A DNA stretch of 64,000 bases from Octopus sinensis (Eukaryota). Below are positions 1 through 11,687 of the stretch, one piece after another. Numbering within the stretch: the first letter of the stretch is position 1; each line of letters opens with the position of its first letter. Position numbers and translations under genes: made by a program. The notes beneath the pieces were generated by a model, which was not told the origin of the DNA, did no database searches, and saw nothing but the letters and a program-made list of their open reading frames with translations. The DNA is taken from assembly GCF_006345805.1 (NCBI RefSeq), contig NC_043001.1, positions 114,514,001 through 114,578,000 on the forward strand, in the 5' to 3' direction.

Positions 1-466
1 GGTGGAGCCACCGCCTATATGTTGTGTACATCAGCCACAGTGAACTACATTGACATCATTGCCCAACCGAAATAACATATTACAATAACCCAACATGATT
101 TTAAGGACGGTTATTGCCAACCAGTACAGTGATTTTTAGTAACCAATATATAAGTTGGCCACAGCACAATGGAAGAATATTTGATGTTGATAAAGGTAAT
201 CCCGCACACATATTACACCACTTAGTCACTCTAAAATTTGCACTATCATCCAGGCACAGAAGCTACTTGATAAAACAGGGCAACCAATTGTGACTAGATT
301 AACAACATTTAGTTTGGTTTTAAAAAAACACATAAAACTTAAGGTATAATCGAAAAGGTTATCTAATTGTAGGTGTGTTTTAAATTATATTTTACCTCAT
401 TATAAATCTCCAAATGGACAATGCCACAAGCCCTTTGAAATTTATTACAACCGATTGATTCTCTAA
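1..466 (+). mobile_element. Possible highly degenerate Penelope-like GIY-YIG endonuclease / C-terminal remnant
   Basis: Broken frames LLDKTGQPIVTRLT (from 263) and ILPHYKSPNGQCHKPFEIYYNRLIL* (389-466) loosely resemble the PLE YIG-TG...R and C-terminal F.I.PFYK...E..FI pattern. Weak and by eye. Confidence 0.25.
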
Positions 467-1299
467 GCTATTTTCTTACCTTCCCTGTCTCCTTACTGAA
501 AATTCTGTTTCAAAACAATGTTTAGCTCGTAAATTATCCCCTTGCACGATTCATACATTTTTAACTTCATACTTATGTACTTTCGTCAGTAACAGTTTGT
601 TCATATCTATGCATTTTTATATTATTTAGCTAATTTACACCCCATTTTATTTTATTTTACTTTATCTAAATTTCATTGTGTACTTAGTGTTGATTAATGG
701 GTTTCAATGAAATTTATCAGGTCGCAATAAATTTCTTTTTGATATTTTCTACGCTCCCGTGTTCTATTGATCACAATCGTCCGAAGACTGGAAACAAGAA
801 ACTTGGTACAACGATTTCTAATGATTCAGCTTCTAATGAATATAATAAAATTACAATATCGAAGAATGCTAAAGAATAGCGTTAATTAGGATTATTTGAT
901 TTACTCCTTGACAAGATTCACAAAGAATTCAAAATTCTCTTACATGTCTGCATGTAAGAGAACAAAAAGTAAAAAAAAACAAAAAATATACGTGCTAATA
1001 GACAATATACCATTTGGTTTCAGCGGTAACATCGATGCGTTCCTCATATACATTATTTTATATGTTTCTCAAAGAAATAGTGGATACATAGATATATGAT
1101 AATAAAGAAAATGGATATGAATCAATTTATGTATGTGGAATATCACATTATATCGCATTATTCCTGCTCATGCTTACTTGTATATATATGTGTGTGTGTG
1201 TATACGTATGTATGCATGAATATATGTATGCATGAATATATGTATGCATGAATATATGTATGTATGTATATATATATACATATATATATGTTTATATAC

Positions 1300-1358
<59 letters not shown>

Positions 1359-2446
1359 TATATAAGCAAGATTGTAAGTATATATTTTGTGTATGCGCCT
1401 GTGTCATTGCGTGCACGAGCGTGTAAGTGTGCAAAACACAATGAATATGTTAACTATTGTTCCCCTTAAAATATGTACATTAAATTTCAGTTCTAATCAT
1501 TCCGAATCATTTATTATGTATAGGCCAGTGATGTTTGAATTTTTATCTTCGGAAGCGAAAGTTTCCAAGATTGAAAGATACATTTTAAATTACAATGTTT
1601 CCGAGTGCGACCGAGTGATACCGAGTACTATCGAGTCATATTTCTTTATGTTCTGGCATGGAAACAGAATGACGTACAGCATGTAATCTTCCTCCAGAAA
1701 CTTCTCAGTGCAATGTACGCAGGAGTGTATAAGACCATTGTAAATTGATTATGTTTTGCCCGATTCACTATAATACTGATAATGCAAATTAATAACCATT
1801 AATTGACTTATTTACTGTAAGTATATTACATATTATTATCGACAACATATTCACTATGATTGCTGCGTGTTTTCTTTTGAGTTGGTGAACTCACATACGT
1901 TGCTATGTTGATCCATGAACTGAAGTGTGATCAGTAAATTATATCATATTACCAGTTCATTGCTTTATTGTGTTCAATAGAGTTAATGGCCACTAGGTAA
2001 GTCAACTGGAAATACATCTGATAGTAGACAGGCAAATGCGTTAGATATAAAGATTCTATATAGAATGACTGGTACGCTTATAATTAAATAATATTTCCTA
2101 TCTCAATACAAATTATGGTAGCACCAAGTTTAGTAAATGTGTTTCTTGTAACATATGCTTCAGGTTATATACCTCAGTCATTATTAGTTATGACACCGCT
2201 TTGTAGTTTTTCAAGATGACCTTGTATAATTCTCCGCATTGAGAAGTCACAGCGCCAGTACTAAGGAAACGTAATTAGGATGTTGTAGGAAACATTCACC
2301 AGGCGGATTTTTCAAGCCAAGCTGACCGCCAAAATACCTAGGGATAGAACCAGAACGAGAGCGTTAGAAAATATCAACAATTTCAGTTAGTTAAGATTGA
2401 AAATAAACCGAAAGTCCAATGACGCTTGTTTCTGATAAGACCTATG

Positions 2447-2870
2447 AGATCGTTTCGGTTTGAACGGCAGTTTTTAACATAATTTCTAGGTAATTAAAAA
2501 AATTTAAAGTTCGTATACTGGTAGAATGTGTTTATAAAACATCTTTTTCTCTTGCATTTATTGAGAAAATTCTATAGTTTGTAAGATATTTGTTGTTTGT
2601 TTCTTCAATTTCTGCAATTTCAACCAATCAGTGACGTCTATTGAGTTAAAAAGCATTCTGTGCCGTATGAATATGTCCTTCGTTTAAGAAACAGATTGGG
2701 TTTATTTACATTTGTGAAGAAAAAAAGATACCCTTCCCCCACCCCTAACCCTAACCAACCCTAACCCTAAAAGAGTTTGGAATGCAATAGATCGATTCTT
2801 GGGTCATAATTATAGGTGACAATTTCATATGACACCGCTAGAAAAAACAGCCGTTCAACCAAAAAGATCC
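2447..2870. mobile_element. Non-autonomous TIR element (MITE, 424 bp) with 8-bp TSD and internal CCCTAA repeats
   Basis: GACCTATG direct repeat at 2439-2446 and 2871-2878. Imperfect ~29-bp TIRs: AGATCGTTTCGGTTTGAACGGCAGTTTTT vs reverse complement GGATCTTTTTGGTTGAACGGCTGTTTTT. CCCTAA-type repeats at 2743-2770. Confidence 0.8.
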
Positions 2871-2988
2871 GACCTATGGACGTGGTACCTGACACTCCCA
2901 GAACAGCAATAAGGCGTGGATAACTGGATGGATCCTCTATACATTTCTATTAATCTAAACACAGAGTGCAAACGATTTTGTTGAGCTT

Positions 2989-3537
2989 GTGCTGGACGCA
3001 AACTGGTCACAAGTAGTCACCTCTCCAACAAAAGGCGACAACACCTTGGACCTGCTCTTCACCACAACTCCTGAAGCGGTTATCAATTGCACTACGGAGG
3101 AACCTCTAGGTGACTCTGATCATGCTATGATCATCGCCAATCTGGCTCTTGCGGGCAACAAAAACCTGAACCATCTCCAATCTGCTTCCTTCGATTGGAA
3201 GAGAGCAGATTGGAACCTGTACCACACTGAACTACAGCACCCAAACTGGCGTGACTTCTACAACTCTGGAGATGTGAATACTATACTCCAGAGTATCCTG
3301 GACTCAATATGGGCAGCATGTGCAGCATCAGTGTCACGTAAACAAAAGAAGAAGAACCGCCCCAAAAGGGCAATTTGGGAAACTTCAGCGGTCCGACTTG
3401 CCAGGAAGGAACGTCGGACTGCTGAACGGGAATACAAGTTGCAGAAATCAGACACCAACAGGAAGAAGCGGAATAAATCCTCCAAACATCTCAAGCAAGT
3501 GACAAAAAAGCAGTGCTTGAATTTGAACAGTGCATAG
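2989..3537 (+). CDS. LINE ORF2 segment 1: AP-endonuclease C-terminus and linker (frameshifts into the next segment)
   Basis: Frame is open from 2959 (TQSANDFVELVLDANWSQVVTSPTKGDNTLDLLF...SDH). Adding one A to the A6 run near 3504-3509 joins it to the RT frame. Confidence 0.8.
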   Translation: MLDANWSQVVTSPTKGDNTLDLLFTTTPEAVINCTTEEPLGDSDHAMIIANLALAGNKNLNHLQSASFDWKRADWNLYHTELQHPNWRDFYNSGDVNTILQSILDSIWAACAASVSRKQKKKNRPKRAIWETSAVRLARKERRTAEREYKLQKSDTNRKKRNKSSKHLKQVTKKQCLNLNSA

Positions 3538-5144
3538 CAGCCAATCCTGACAGCAAGGTTTTCTGGAAATATGTGCATTCAAAGCAGAGACCTCACTCTC
3601 CAATGGGCCCTCTTCGCAACCCTCACACAAACCAGATCACTGACGACCCCAAGGAATGCGCAGAACTCATTGCCGAGTGCTATGCAAACATATTCACTGT
3701 TGAAAGTCAAAATGTACCATCTTCACCATCACTAACAGCAAACTCCATAACAACTATGGAATTTACACCTGCAATGCTGCGACGTCACCTTCAAAATAAG
3801 CGCAACTATGCCTCCCCTGGTCTCGATGGAGTTACATACCTGCTTCTCAAACGTGGCAGGCACTTCCTTTTACACCAGCTTTCTATTTTCTTCCAGTACT
3901 GTCTCAACAATGGTGCTACTCCGGAGCAGTGGAAAACTGCCAGTGTCATTCCTCTGTTCAAAAAGGGCGACCGCACATCACCTGTCAACTATCGCCCAGT
4001 CAGTCTCACTAGCTGTATTGCAAAACTGATGGAATCGTGTGTCAGAGAAACACTCTGGAACTTCTGGAGCTCTCACAGTCTCATCCGACCCTCACAATAT
4101 GGATTTGTCCCTAACTCCAGCTGCAGTGACCAGCTTGTCGAGTTCCTTGAGGACATTACTCAGATCACTGACAGTGGCTCATGGGTGGCTGTTGTCTACC
4201 TTGACTTTGCTAAGGCTTTCAACTCTGTGCCACACAAAAGGCTTATGGTGAAACTCTCTGCAATGGGTGTGGGGGATGACCTTTTTAACTGGTTGAAATC
4301 CTTCATCCTCAGCCGAAAGGAGGTAGTCACAGTTCTAGGACAGCACTCTACACCATATGAGATGTCATCGGGTGTACCACAGGGATCTGTCCTTGGTCCC
4401 CTCTTGTTTGTGGCATACATTAATGACATAGATGCCAATTTAAAGAATGCCACAGTATTGAAATATGCAGACGACATCAAGCTGTACCTTGAAATCAAGA
4501 GGACAGATCCTGATGTCTACAACTCTTTCCTGCAATCAGATCTAGACACAATGCAGCAATGGATCACAGACTGGCAACTGAAACTGGCTGTGGACAAGTG
4601 TACCACCATGCATTTTGGGAGAAAAAACCCTGTGTCCACATACTCCCTCCACAACACTGATATCAAGAAATCCTCTTGCGAGCGTGACCTAGGCATCACT
4701 GTCAGCAGTGATTTGCGTTGGACAAAGCATATCTCTAAAATTGTCAAGAAGGCCGAGGGTGTCTTGGCATCTCTCAGCAAGACTTTTGTTAGCCGCTCTC
4801 CAGCCATCTATTTAAAACTGTATACAGCTATGGTACGACCACACTTGGAATTCGCATCATCAGTTTGGAACCCCTATCTTGCTCAGAACATTGACCTCCT
4901 GGAATCTGTCCAGAGACGTGCAACCAAACGCATACCCTCCATCAGACATCTACCATATTCTGAGCGCCTTGTTTCCCTGGGCATGGATTCACTGAAGCTC
5001 CGGCGTCTGGCGACGGACTTGGTAAACACCCACAAAGTTATCAACCACCTCACCAACAACAACACTGAACACCTTTTTGATCTCCATGTGTCTAACACAC
5101 GTGGACATGCCTACAAAGTCAGAAAACAAACACATCTCCCATGA
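3513..5144 (+). CDS. LINE ORF2 segment 2: reverse transcriptase domain
   Basis: 543-aa ORF with the RT motifs listed above. The last ~45 aa continue in another frame to TGA at 5277 after a 1-nt shift in CAAACAC near 5128. Confidence 0.9.
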   Translation: MLEFEQCIAANPDSKVFWKYVHSKQRPHSPMGPLRNPHTNQITDDPKECAELIAECYANIFTVESQNVPSSPSLTANSITTMEFTPAMLRRHLQNKRNYASPGLDGVTYLLLKRGRHFLLHQLSIFFQYCLNNGATPEQWKTASVIPLFKKGDRTSPVNYRPVSLTSCIAKLMESCVRETLWNFWSSHSLIRPSQYGFVPNSSCSDQLVEFLEDITQITDSGSWVAVVYLDFAKAFNSVPHKRLMVKLSAMGVGDDLFNWLKSFILSRKEVVTVLGQHSTPYEMSSGVPQGSVLGPLLFVAYINDIDANLKNATVLKYADDIKLYLEIKRTDPDVYNSFLQSDLDTMQQWITDWQLKLAVDKCTTMHFGRKNPVSTYSLHNTDIKKSSCERDLGITVSSDLRWTKHISKIVKKAEGVLASLSKTFVSRSPAIYLKLYTAMVRPHLEFASSVWNPYLAQNIDLLESVQRRATKRIPSIRHLPYSERLVSLGMDSLKLRRLATDLVNTHKVINHLTNNNTEHLFDLHVSNTRGHAYKVRKQTHLP

Positions 5145-5351
5145 CTTTCGGAAACATTTTTTCACGCTCAGAGTTGCTGAAGCATGGAATAAACTGCCTG
5201 CGTCAGTTGTTGACTGCCATGACACTGCATCCTTTAAGGCCCTCATGCTTTCCGAAATCCGCCGAAACTACACCTGATTATATATACACTTTAGATGAGT
5301 TGTAGTGCACCTGAGCACTGTACACAATTATTATTATTATTATTATTATTA

Positions 5352-5399
<48 letters not shown>

Positions 5400-5689
5400 A
5401 GTTTGTGGATCGTTGGTGAGGTTTATATAACAAATACGCAAGAACTTGTAACCGTACTAGCAAAAAAAGAATAGAGTCAATGTAATGAATACCTTTTATG
5501 AAATTTAAATTCTATCTTTCTATCACATATATTACTCTACCAGAATTAATCTTTAAAGCAATGATTCTTAATACTGACCAGCAGTGTAATCTTAATTAAT
5601 TATCATTTATTAACTGACTAGATAAATTATGAACTGGCCCTCAACTAAGTTATGAATTTCATGCCAGCGTTTCCATCTTCAATTCTAAT

Positions 5690-6080
5690 ACCAATTTCTT
5701 TACTACCCACAAGGGGCTAAACACAGAGGAGATAAACAAGGACAGACACACGGATTAAGTCGATTACAGCGGCCCCAGTGCGTAAGTGGTACTCCGCCGA
5801 GGTCGACTTTGCCTTTAATCCTTTCGGGGTCGATTAAATAAGTACTAGTTACGCACTGGGGTCGATATAATCGGCTTAATCCGTTTGTCTGTCTTTGTTT
5901 TTCCTCTCTGTGTTTAGCCCCTTGTGGGTAGTAAAGAAATAGGTACTTATTTAATCGACCCCGAAAGGATGAAAGGCAAAGTCGACCTCGGCGGAATTTG
6001 AACTCTGAACGTAACGGCAGACGAAATAAGGCTACGCATTTCGCCCGGCGTGCTAACGTTTCTGCCAGCTCGCCGCCTTC
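5690..6080 (-). mobile_element. tRNA-derived SINE family A, interrupted by an inverted copy of itself
   Basis: Head AGGCGGCGAGCTGGCAGAAACG, B box GAGTTCAAATTCC, core GCCTTTCATCCTTTCGGGGTCGAT. 13-bp TSD CTTCAATTCTAAT at 5677-5689 and 6081-6093. Confidence 0.9.
5794..5941 (+). mobile_element. 5'-truncated SINE A nested in opposite orientation
   Basis: Runs CCGCCGAGG...AAAGAAATA and is flanked by GGTACT at 5788-5793 and 5942-5947. Confidence 0.85.
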
Positions 6081-6507
6081 CTTCAATTCTAATGCCGCTA
6101 ACACCAGCCAATTCTCTTCACGTGCTATTAGTAGGAGCCGAACCACACGTAGATTATACATTATCATATTTATAAGCGGTGCTACAATAGATTTTCTTCC
6201 TTCTGAAATTAAGTGAAAATAACAGACACAGTTCGCTCACATGATATAATATATATACAGTTCAATGGACTTTAAAGACTGCGGCATCAACAACACAAAT
6301 CGATTGGGGAAATTATGCACCGTTGTAAAATATATATTTATGCTTCAGAGTTTACTAATTCACGTCAGTTCTTTACAATCTGTTGGTGCCCCACTGAGCC
6401 GCAAAAAGAAATTCATTTTTTTTGAATAGCTGTCGAGCCATTTTATTGACGAATATGTCGACAAGACAAATTGTGATTATTCTGTGGTGTACGCATGTAC
6501 TTGGTAA

Positions 6508-6665
6508 TTGGTGTGGCTATTTGGTAAAACGTTTACTTCCTAATCAAATGGTTCCTGGTTCAGTTCCACTGAAAGGAAAATGGTCAAATGTCTTCTACAA
6601 ACCCCACACACACCAAATCCTTGTAAATAGATTTGTCCGACTGAAAGTGAAGAAAGCCTGTCGTA
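6508..6665 (+). mobile_element. Degenerate 5' half of SINE family B
   Basis: GTGGCTATTTGGTAA...GGTTCAGTTCCACTG...GAAAGCCTGTCGTA matches the intact B copies in this window. Confidence 0.6.
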
Positions 6666-6730
6666 ATATATATATATATATATATGTAATGATAAATCTC
6701 AGAGCGAGTTATAAACAGTAGCGGCAACAC

Positions 6731-7064
<334 letters not shown>

Positions 7065-7936
7065 ATATAATTAATTACCATTTATTGACTACATTAAGTA
7101 TGGACTGGCACTCAAGAAAGTTACGAATTTCATGCCCAGAAAAGGAAAAATTTGGCTGTAAATTTCTTGCACACCCCGCTACCACGTAACAGGAATTTCG
7201 GGGCCTTTATTGAGCATAGCTGCTACGTGATACCAGGGCGTGCTAGAAATAGCAGTCAAATCTTTAAATGTGAGATATGTTGAATGCACTCGAAAAGCTT
7301 TATGGAAAAAATTATTTCACACCGAGTTTACGAACGGATCTTTTACGAAATATTTATCGTATTTTCACTTTAAGGTATTTTTTAAATATGCCAAAAAACA
7401 TTTTGTAATGCTATTCCCTTGAAAATAATTTTTTAAAAAACCATTAAAATATTGTCTGTTAAAAGAAAGCTAAAATATAAATACTGTACAAACAACTTAC
7501 ATTTTTGAAATCACATTTACTTAGAAATATTTCTAAATAATTAAAATATTGTGTTTAACAAAAGCGAAAATAGAAACATTTACTGTAAAAAAAAAAATTA
7601 TATTTTTGCGTTGGCAATTCACTATGTCTAATCGAAAGGTAAGAGTTTCTTCCCTTTCAAGGTTGAGTTATTTTAGAAAAAATTTTCCCACTATACATCG
7701 TTTTGGATATTTATACCCAGAAACCCCCTATATCTCAAAAACCACTTGTCCGATTTACGCCAAACTTGTTTTATTCAGGTTGTGTTAACATTTCAGAGGC
7801 GACTTAATACATAGTATTTTCCCATTATGTGCTAGTTTGGCAGGGTAACTTTGCAAGCAAGCAAGCAAACAAGCAAAATTCAAGCTGACTTTCAATGTAT
7901 TATATATATATATACATATACATACATACATACATA

Positions 7937-7976
<40 letters not shown>

Positions 7977-8204
7977 TATATATATAATATATCTATATAT
8001 TATATATACATATAATATATATATATATATATAATATATATATAATAAACGTAGGTTCCTCACGCGTAATGAATTCTTCAACAATTTATTCTTTTTTTGC
8101 TAATAACGTAATTCCACGAGTATTCTTATAACGCTGTAAAAGACGTTTTTTGATTCAAAATTTTAGTTCATTGATTAAACCTCGCCAAGTTAAATAAATA
8201 TCTA

Positions 8205-8273
8205 AACCACCTGAAGAATGACTGTAACTCGAAAGTTTTTAAGAATTGGACAGCATGAAACGATCGTAGTGTT
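8205..8273 (+). ncRNA. Minimal type I hammerhead ribozyme motif, copy 1
   Basis: CUGAAGA 8211-8217; helix II AUG(a)CUGU/ACAGCAU; GAAA 8257-8260; palindromic helix III ACGAUCGU; GUA cleavage triplet, cut after 8268; short helix I CAC/GUG. Confidence 0.7.
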
Positions 8274-8411
8274 ATATTAATTATCTTTTTTAATAATTTT
8301 GATATATTTAATAATATAAATTAATTAATCTTATGTATTGGCTTAAGTTTTTCATTGTATGATTTACCTAATAGTGGTTTTATCTCTAATTTAATATAAT
8401 ATATATTATAT

Positions 8412-8477
<66 letters not shown>

Positions 8478-8635
8478 AACGTAGGTTCCTCACGCGTAAT
8501 GAATTCTTCAACAATTTATTCTCTTTTTGCTAATAACGTAATTCCACGAGTATTCTTATAAACGCTGTAAAAGACGTTTTTTGATTCAAAATTTTAGTTC
8601 ATTGATTAAACCTCGCCAAGTTAAATAAATATCTA

Positions 8636-8703
8636 AACCACCTGAAGAATGACTGTAACTCGAAAATTTTAAGAATTGGACAGCATGAAACGATCGTAGT
8701 GTT
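8636..8703 (+). ncRNA. Minimal type I hammerhead ribozyme motif, copy 2
   Basis: CUGAAGA 8642-8648; GAAA 8687-8690; ACGAUCGUA with predicted cut after 8698; same helices as copy 1. Confidence 0.7.
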
Positions 8704-9210
8704 ATATTAATTATCTTTTTTAATAATTTTGATATATTTAATAATATAAATTAATTAATCTTATGTATTGGCTTAAGTTTTTCATTGTATGATTTACCTA
8801 ATAGTGGTTTTATCTCTAATTTAATATAATATATATATTATATATATTATATTAAATTAGAGACAAAATCACTATTAGGCAAATCAAACAATGAAAAACT
8901 TAAGCCAATACATAAGATTATTTAATTTATATTATTTAAATATATAATAAAATTATTAAAAAAATATTATATATATATATATAATATATATATTATATAT
9001 ATATATATATATAATATATACATACATACATATAGATATAATAGAAATATTTTTATTTCTAAGTCCCTTTAAAGGAAACTACGGCAGCAGTACTTGATAT
9101 TAATAGTTATCGCCAAGCTATCATGCCAGTCCAGAAAAACAGGACGAATGCTGCCGTTGATTAGCTCCAAGATGCCATCGCTCCGAGCTAGCTATGTGAC
9201 ACACAAGCCT

Positions 9211-9365
9211 GTGAACTTAGTGTGCAAGTGGCTGAGCACTCCACAGACACGTTTACCCTTAGCGTAGTTCTCAGGGAAATTCAGCGTGACACGGGGTGTG
9301 ACAAGGCTGTCCCTTTGAAATACAGGTACAACAGAAATAGGAAAAAGAGTGAGAGAAAGTTGTGG
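9211..9365 (-). mobile_element. Internal fragment of SINE family C
   Basis: GTGGCTGAGCACTCCACAGACACG...TTTGAAATACAGGTACAACAGAAA matches the full C copies. Confidence 0.75.
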
Positions 9366-9752
9366 AGCAATATATATATACTACACACATATAAATTCAT
9401 AAAATGCTTGTATGCGTGTTTCTGTGTTTGGCATATGCTTGACAAATAATCATATATATATATATTATGCACATCTGTTTCAATATTTTTGCAAAAAACA
9501 TATAAAAATTATATAGATATATTCTGGGAAACATTCAACTACATAGAAAGAGCTGTATAAATATATATTTTTACATAAATATCTGTGTGCCTGTGTAAAT
9601 CCGATTGGCAAATTAATAGGCCAAGATATCAGAAGTGGGGTAGAAATCCTTGCTAACTTTACCCCGGGTTCAAATACACTCGATGCCACTTGTAGCATCC
9701 ATAAATACACAAAAGAATATAAGTGACCTGCGCATGTCTTTCTGTCTCTCTC

Positions 9753-9791
<39 letters not shown>

Positions 9792-9933
9792 CCTTTCCTT
9801 CCGCTTAGCTTGGGAACTCACCTACGCTGCATCGGGAAAACTAGTCATGAACAACCATTCACAGTGTCACCTCTTGCACATGAAATCGTGAATTCGTATA
9901 TGCTAATAGTAAACTAGAACCATCTAATCATCC

Positions 9934-9965
<32 letters not shown>

Positions 9966-10059
9966 TGGTCTCTAGTCTGTTCAATCTAACATTGCACGAG
10001 ATAGGTCTTCTCCGAGTTGCTTTATGTATGTTTGATATGGTCTACTAACATTTGCATAC

Positions 10060-10925
10060 CAATACTTCAATTTCCAATGTCATTTTGCGATGTATGGTCT
10101 GGCGTTGTCTTGCAATAAAATAGGAGTGAATCTCTTGACTAATCTAGACTGATTTTGGTAAGTTTCTGCATCATTTGATCCAGTTGGCAGCAGTATACCT
10201 CGGCCGTGATTGATGAACCAGCTTTAATGAAGTCATAGTGGATCACACCTTCGCCAGACCACCAACCACGCACCATCAGCTTCACTTGATGAATTTTGCA
10301 TTTGGATAGTATTTTCGTGGCTCGTCTTTGTCCAACCGTTGAGCTCTACGTTTACGGTTGTTGTATTTGATCCATTTCACATCACGTTACAAATCGATTC
10401 AGAAATAGTTCATTTTTGAGACAAGAAAGTAGCATAATGCAGGCTTCCAAACTTCGTTGTTTCTGATTTTCTTTGACTTCAAGTGGAACACACTTATCCA
10501 AATTTATCACTTTACCGATTTGAACTAGATGAGTCAATATTGTTTGCTTCCTAACACTAAAGAACAACGCTAATTCACGGGCACTTTGAGATCGATCTGA
10601 GTCGACCATGGCATTCAGTTCGTCATTATCGACCTTTGTTTCTGGTCGACCGCGTTGCTCATTTATGAGATCAAAGTTACTAGAACGAAATTTTGCAAAC
10701 AAATTTGATACATTGGATGAAATTTTACATTAATATTCCGAGCTGTCTATGATGCTGTATTTCCAAGAAGGAACTCATACTTCAAAACTGAGCGAATTTT
10801 CCGATTTATCCATCTCTAAACAAAAATAGCAAAACACGATTTATAAATACTTTATAAAGCGCAAAATGAGCAGCTGTCAAAGTTTGCTATATACCTTGCT
10901 ACAAATTTCATACTTGACGACTTAA
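10060..10925 (-). mobile_element. Mariner transposon remnant (5' end and most of transposase, degenerate)
   Basis: FAKFRSSNFDLINEQRGRP, CVPLEV (WVPHEL-like), FLNRFVTCDEKW and LLQDNARPY, with stops and frameshifts. TATTAAGTCG-type end near 10925. Confidence 0.85.
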
Positions 10926-10945
10926 TATTATCAAGAGGGTTATAT

Positions 10946-10991
<46 letters not shown>

Positions 10992-10995
10992 TATA

Positions 10996-11190
10996 AGCTT
11001 GCTAGCTTGCATACCAACAAAATGGGTCCATGTTCAGTCCCACTGCGTGGCACATTGGGCAAGCGTCTTCTACTATAGCCTCGGGCCGACCAAACCCTTG
11101 TGAGTGGATTTCGCAACGGAAACAGAAAGTAGCCTGTCGTATATATACATATATATATGTGTGTGTGTGTGAGTGTGTGTGTGAGTGTGT

Positions 11191-11221
<31 letters not shown>

Positions 11222-11437
11222 CTAGTGTGTCTGTTGTATTTGCACGTTCACCATCTCCTGACAACCGCTGTTGGTGCGTTTACGTCCTCGTGACTTAGCG
11301 GTTCGGAAAGAGAGAACGACAGAATAAGTAGTAGGCTTACAAAGAATAAGTCCTGTGTTCAATTTGATCGACTAGAAGGCAGTGCTCCAGATTGGCCACA
11401 GTCAAATGACTGAAACAAATAAAAGAATAAAAGAATA
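10996..11437 (+). mobile_element. SINE family B (CORE-like), degenerate
   Basis: GTTCAGTCCCACTGCGTGGCACATTGGGCAAG, central (TG)n, 3' GACTGAAACAAATAAAAGAATAAAAG. Confidence 0.85.
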
Positions 11438-11464
11438 TATATATATATATATATATATATGTGA

Positions 11465-11605
11465 TTTACATTTGACGGATATTTGTCCTCATCGTTTTTG
11501 TTGTTAACATGTTTCGGCTGATATACCCTCCAGCTTTCATCAGGTGTCTTGGGGAAATTTCGAACCTGGGTTCCCATTCCTAAGGTATTTTTCGATGTTA
11601 TTAGT
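11465..11605 (-). mobile_element. Penelope-associated fragment with a damaged hammerhead motif
   Basis: Minus strand reads GACAC-CUGAUGA-AAGCUG-GAGGGUAUAU-CAGCC-GAAAC-AUGUU (11548 to about 11506). Confidence 0.5.
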
Positions 11606-11608
11606 ATC

Positions 11609-11681
<73 letters not shown>

Positions 11682-11687
11682 TATTAT

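Larger units (their letters stand above)
2959..5398 (+). mobile_element. 5'-truncated CR1/L2-group non-LTR retrotransposon (end of APE domain, RT, 3' UTR, (ATT)n tail)
   Basis: APE C-terminal motifs PTKGDNTLDL and LGDSDH. RT motifs YRPVSLTS, YLDFAKAFNSVPH, GVPQGSVLGPLLF, YADDIKLY. C-terminal RPHLEFASSVWNP and FFTLRVAEAWNKLP. Stop at 5277; (ATT)n tail about 5326-5398. Confidence 0.95.
8043..8965 (+). mobile_element. Non-coding 430-bp tandem dimer with hammerhead ribozymes plus inverted partial copy (retrozyme / Penelope pLTR-like)
   Basis: Units 8043-~8412 and 8473-~8840 differ at only about four positions outside the (TA) tract. About 8848-8965 is a more diverged inverted copy of the unit's 3' ~115 nt. 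No ORF. Confidence 0.75.

Noticed and set aside
775-816. AATCGT-CCGAAGA-CTGGAAACAA-GAAACTTGGTA-CA-ACGATT hammerhead-like relic
   Set aside because: The core has CCGA instead of CUGA, helix II is mismatched, and helix I is offset by 2 nt. Too degenerate to call.
2743-2770. Telomere (CCCTAA)n
   Set aside because: Only a few imperfect units, and they are internal to a TSD-flanked MITE.
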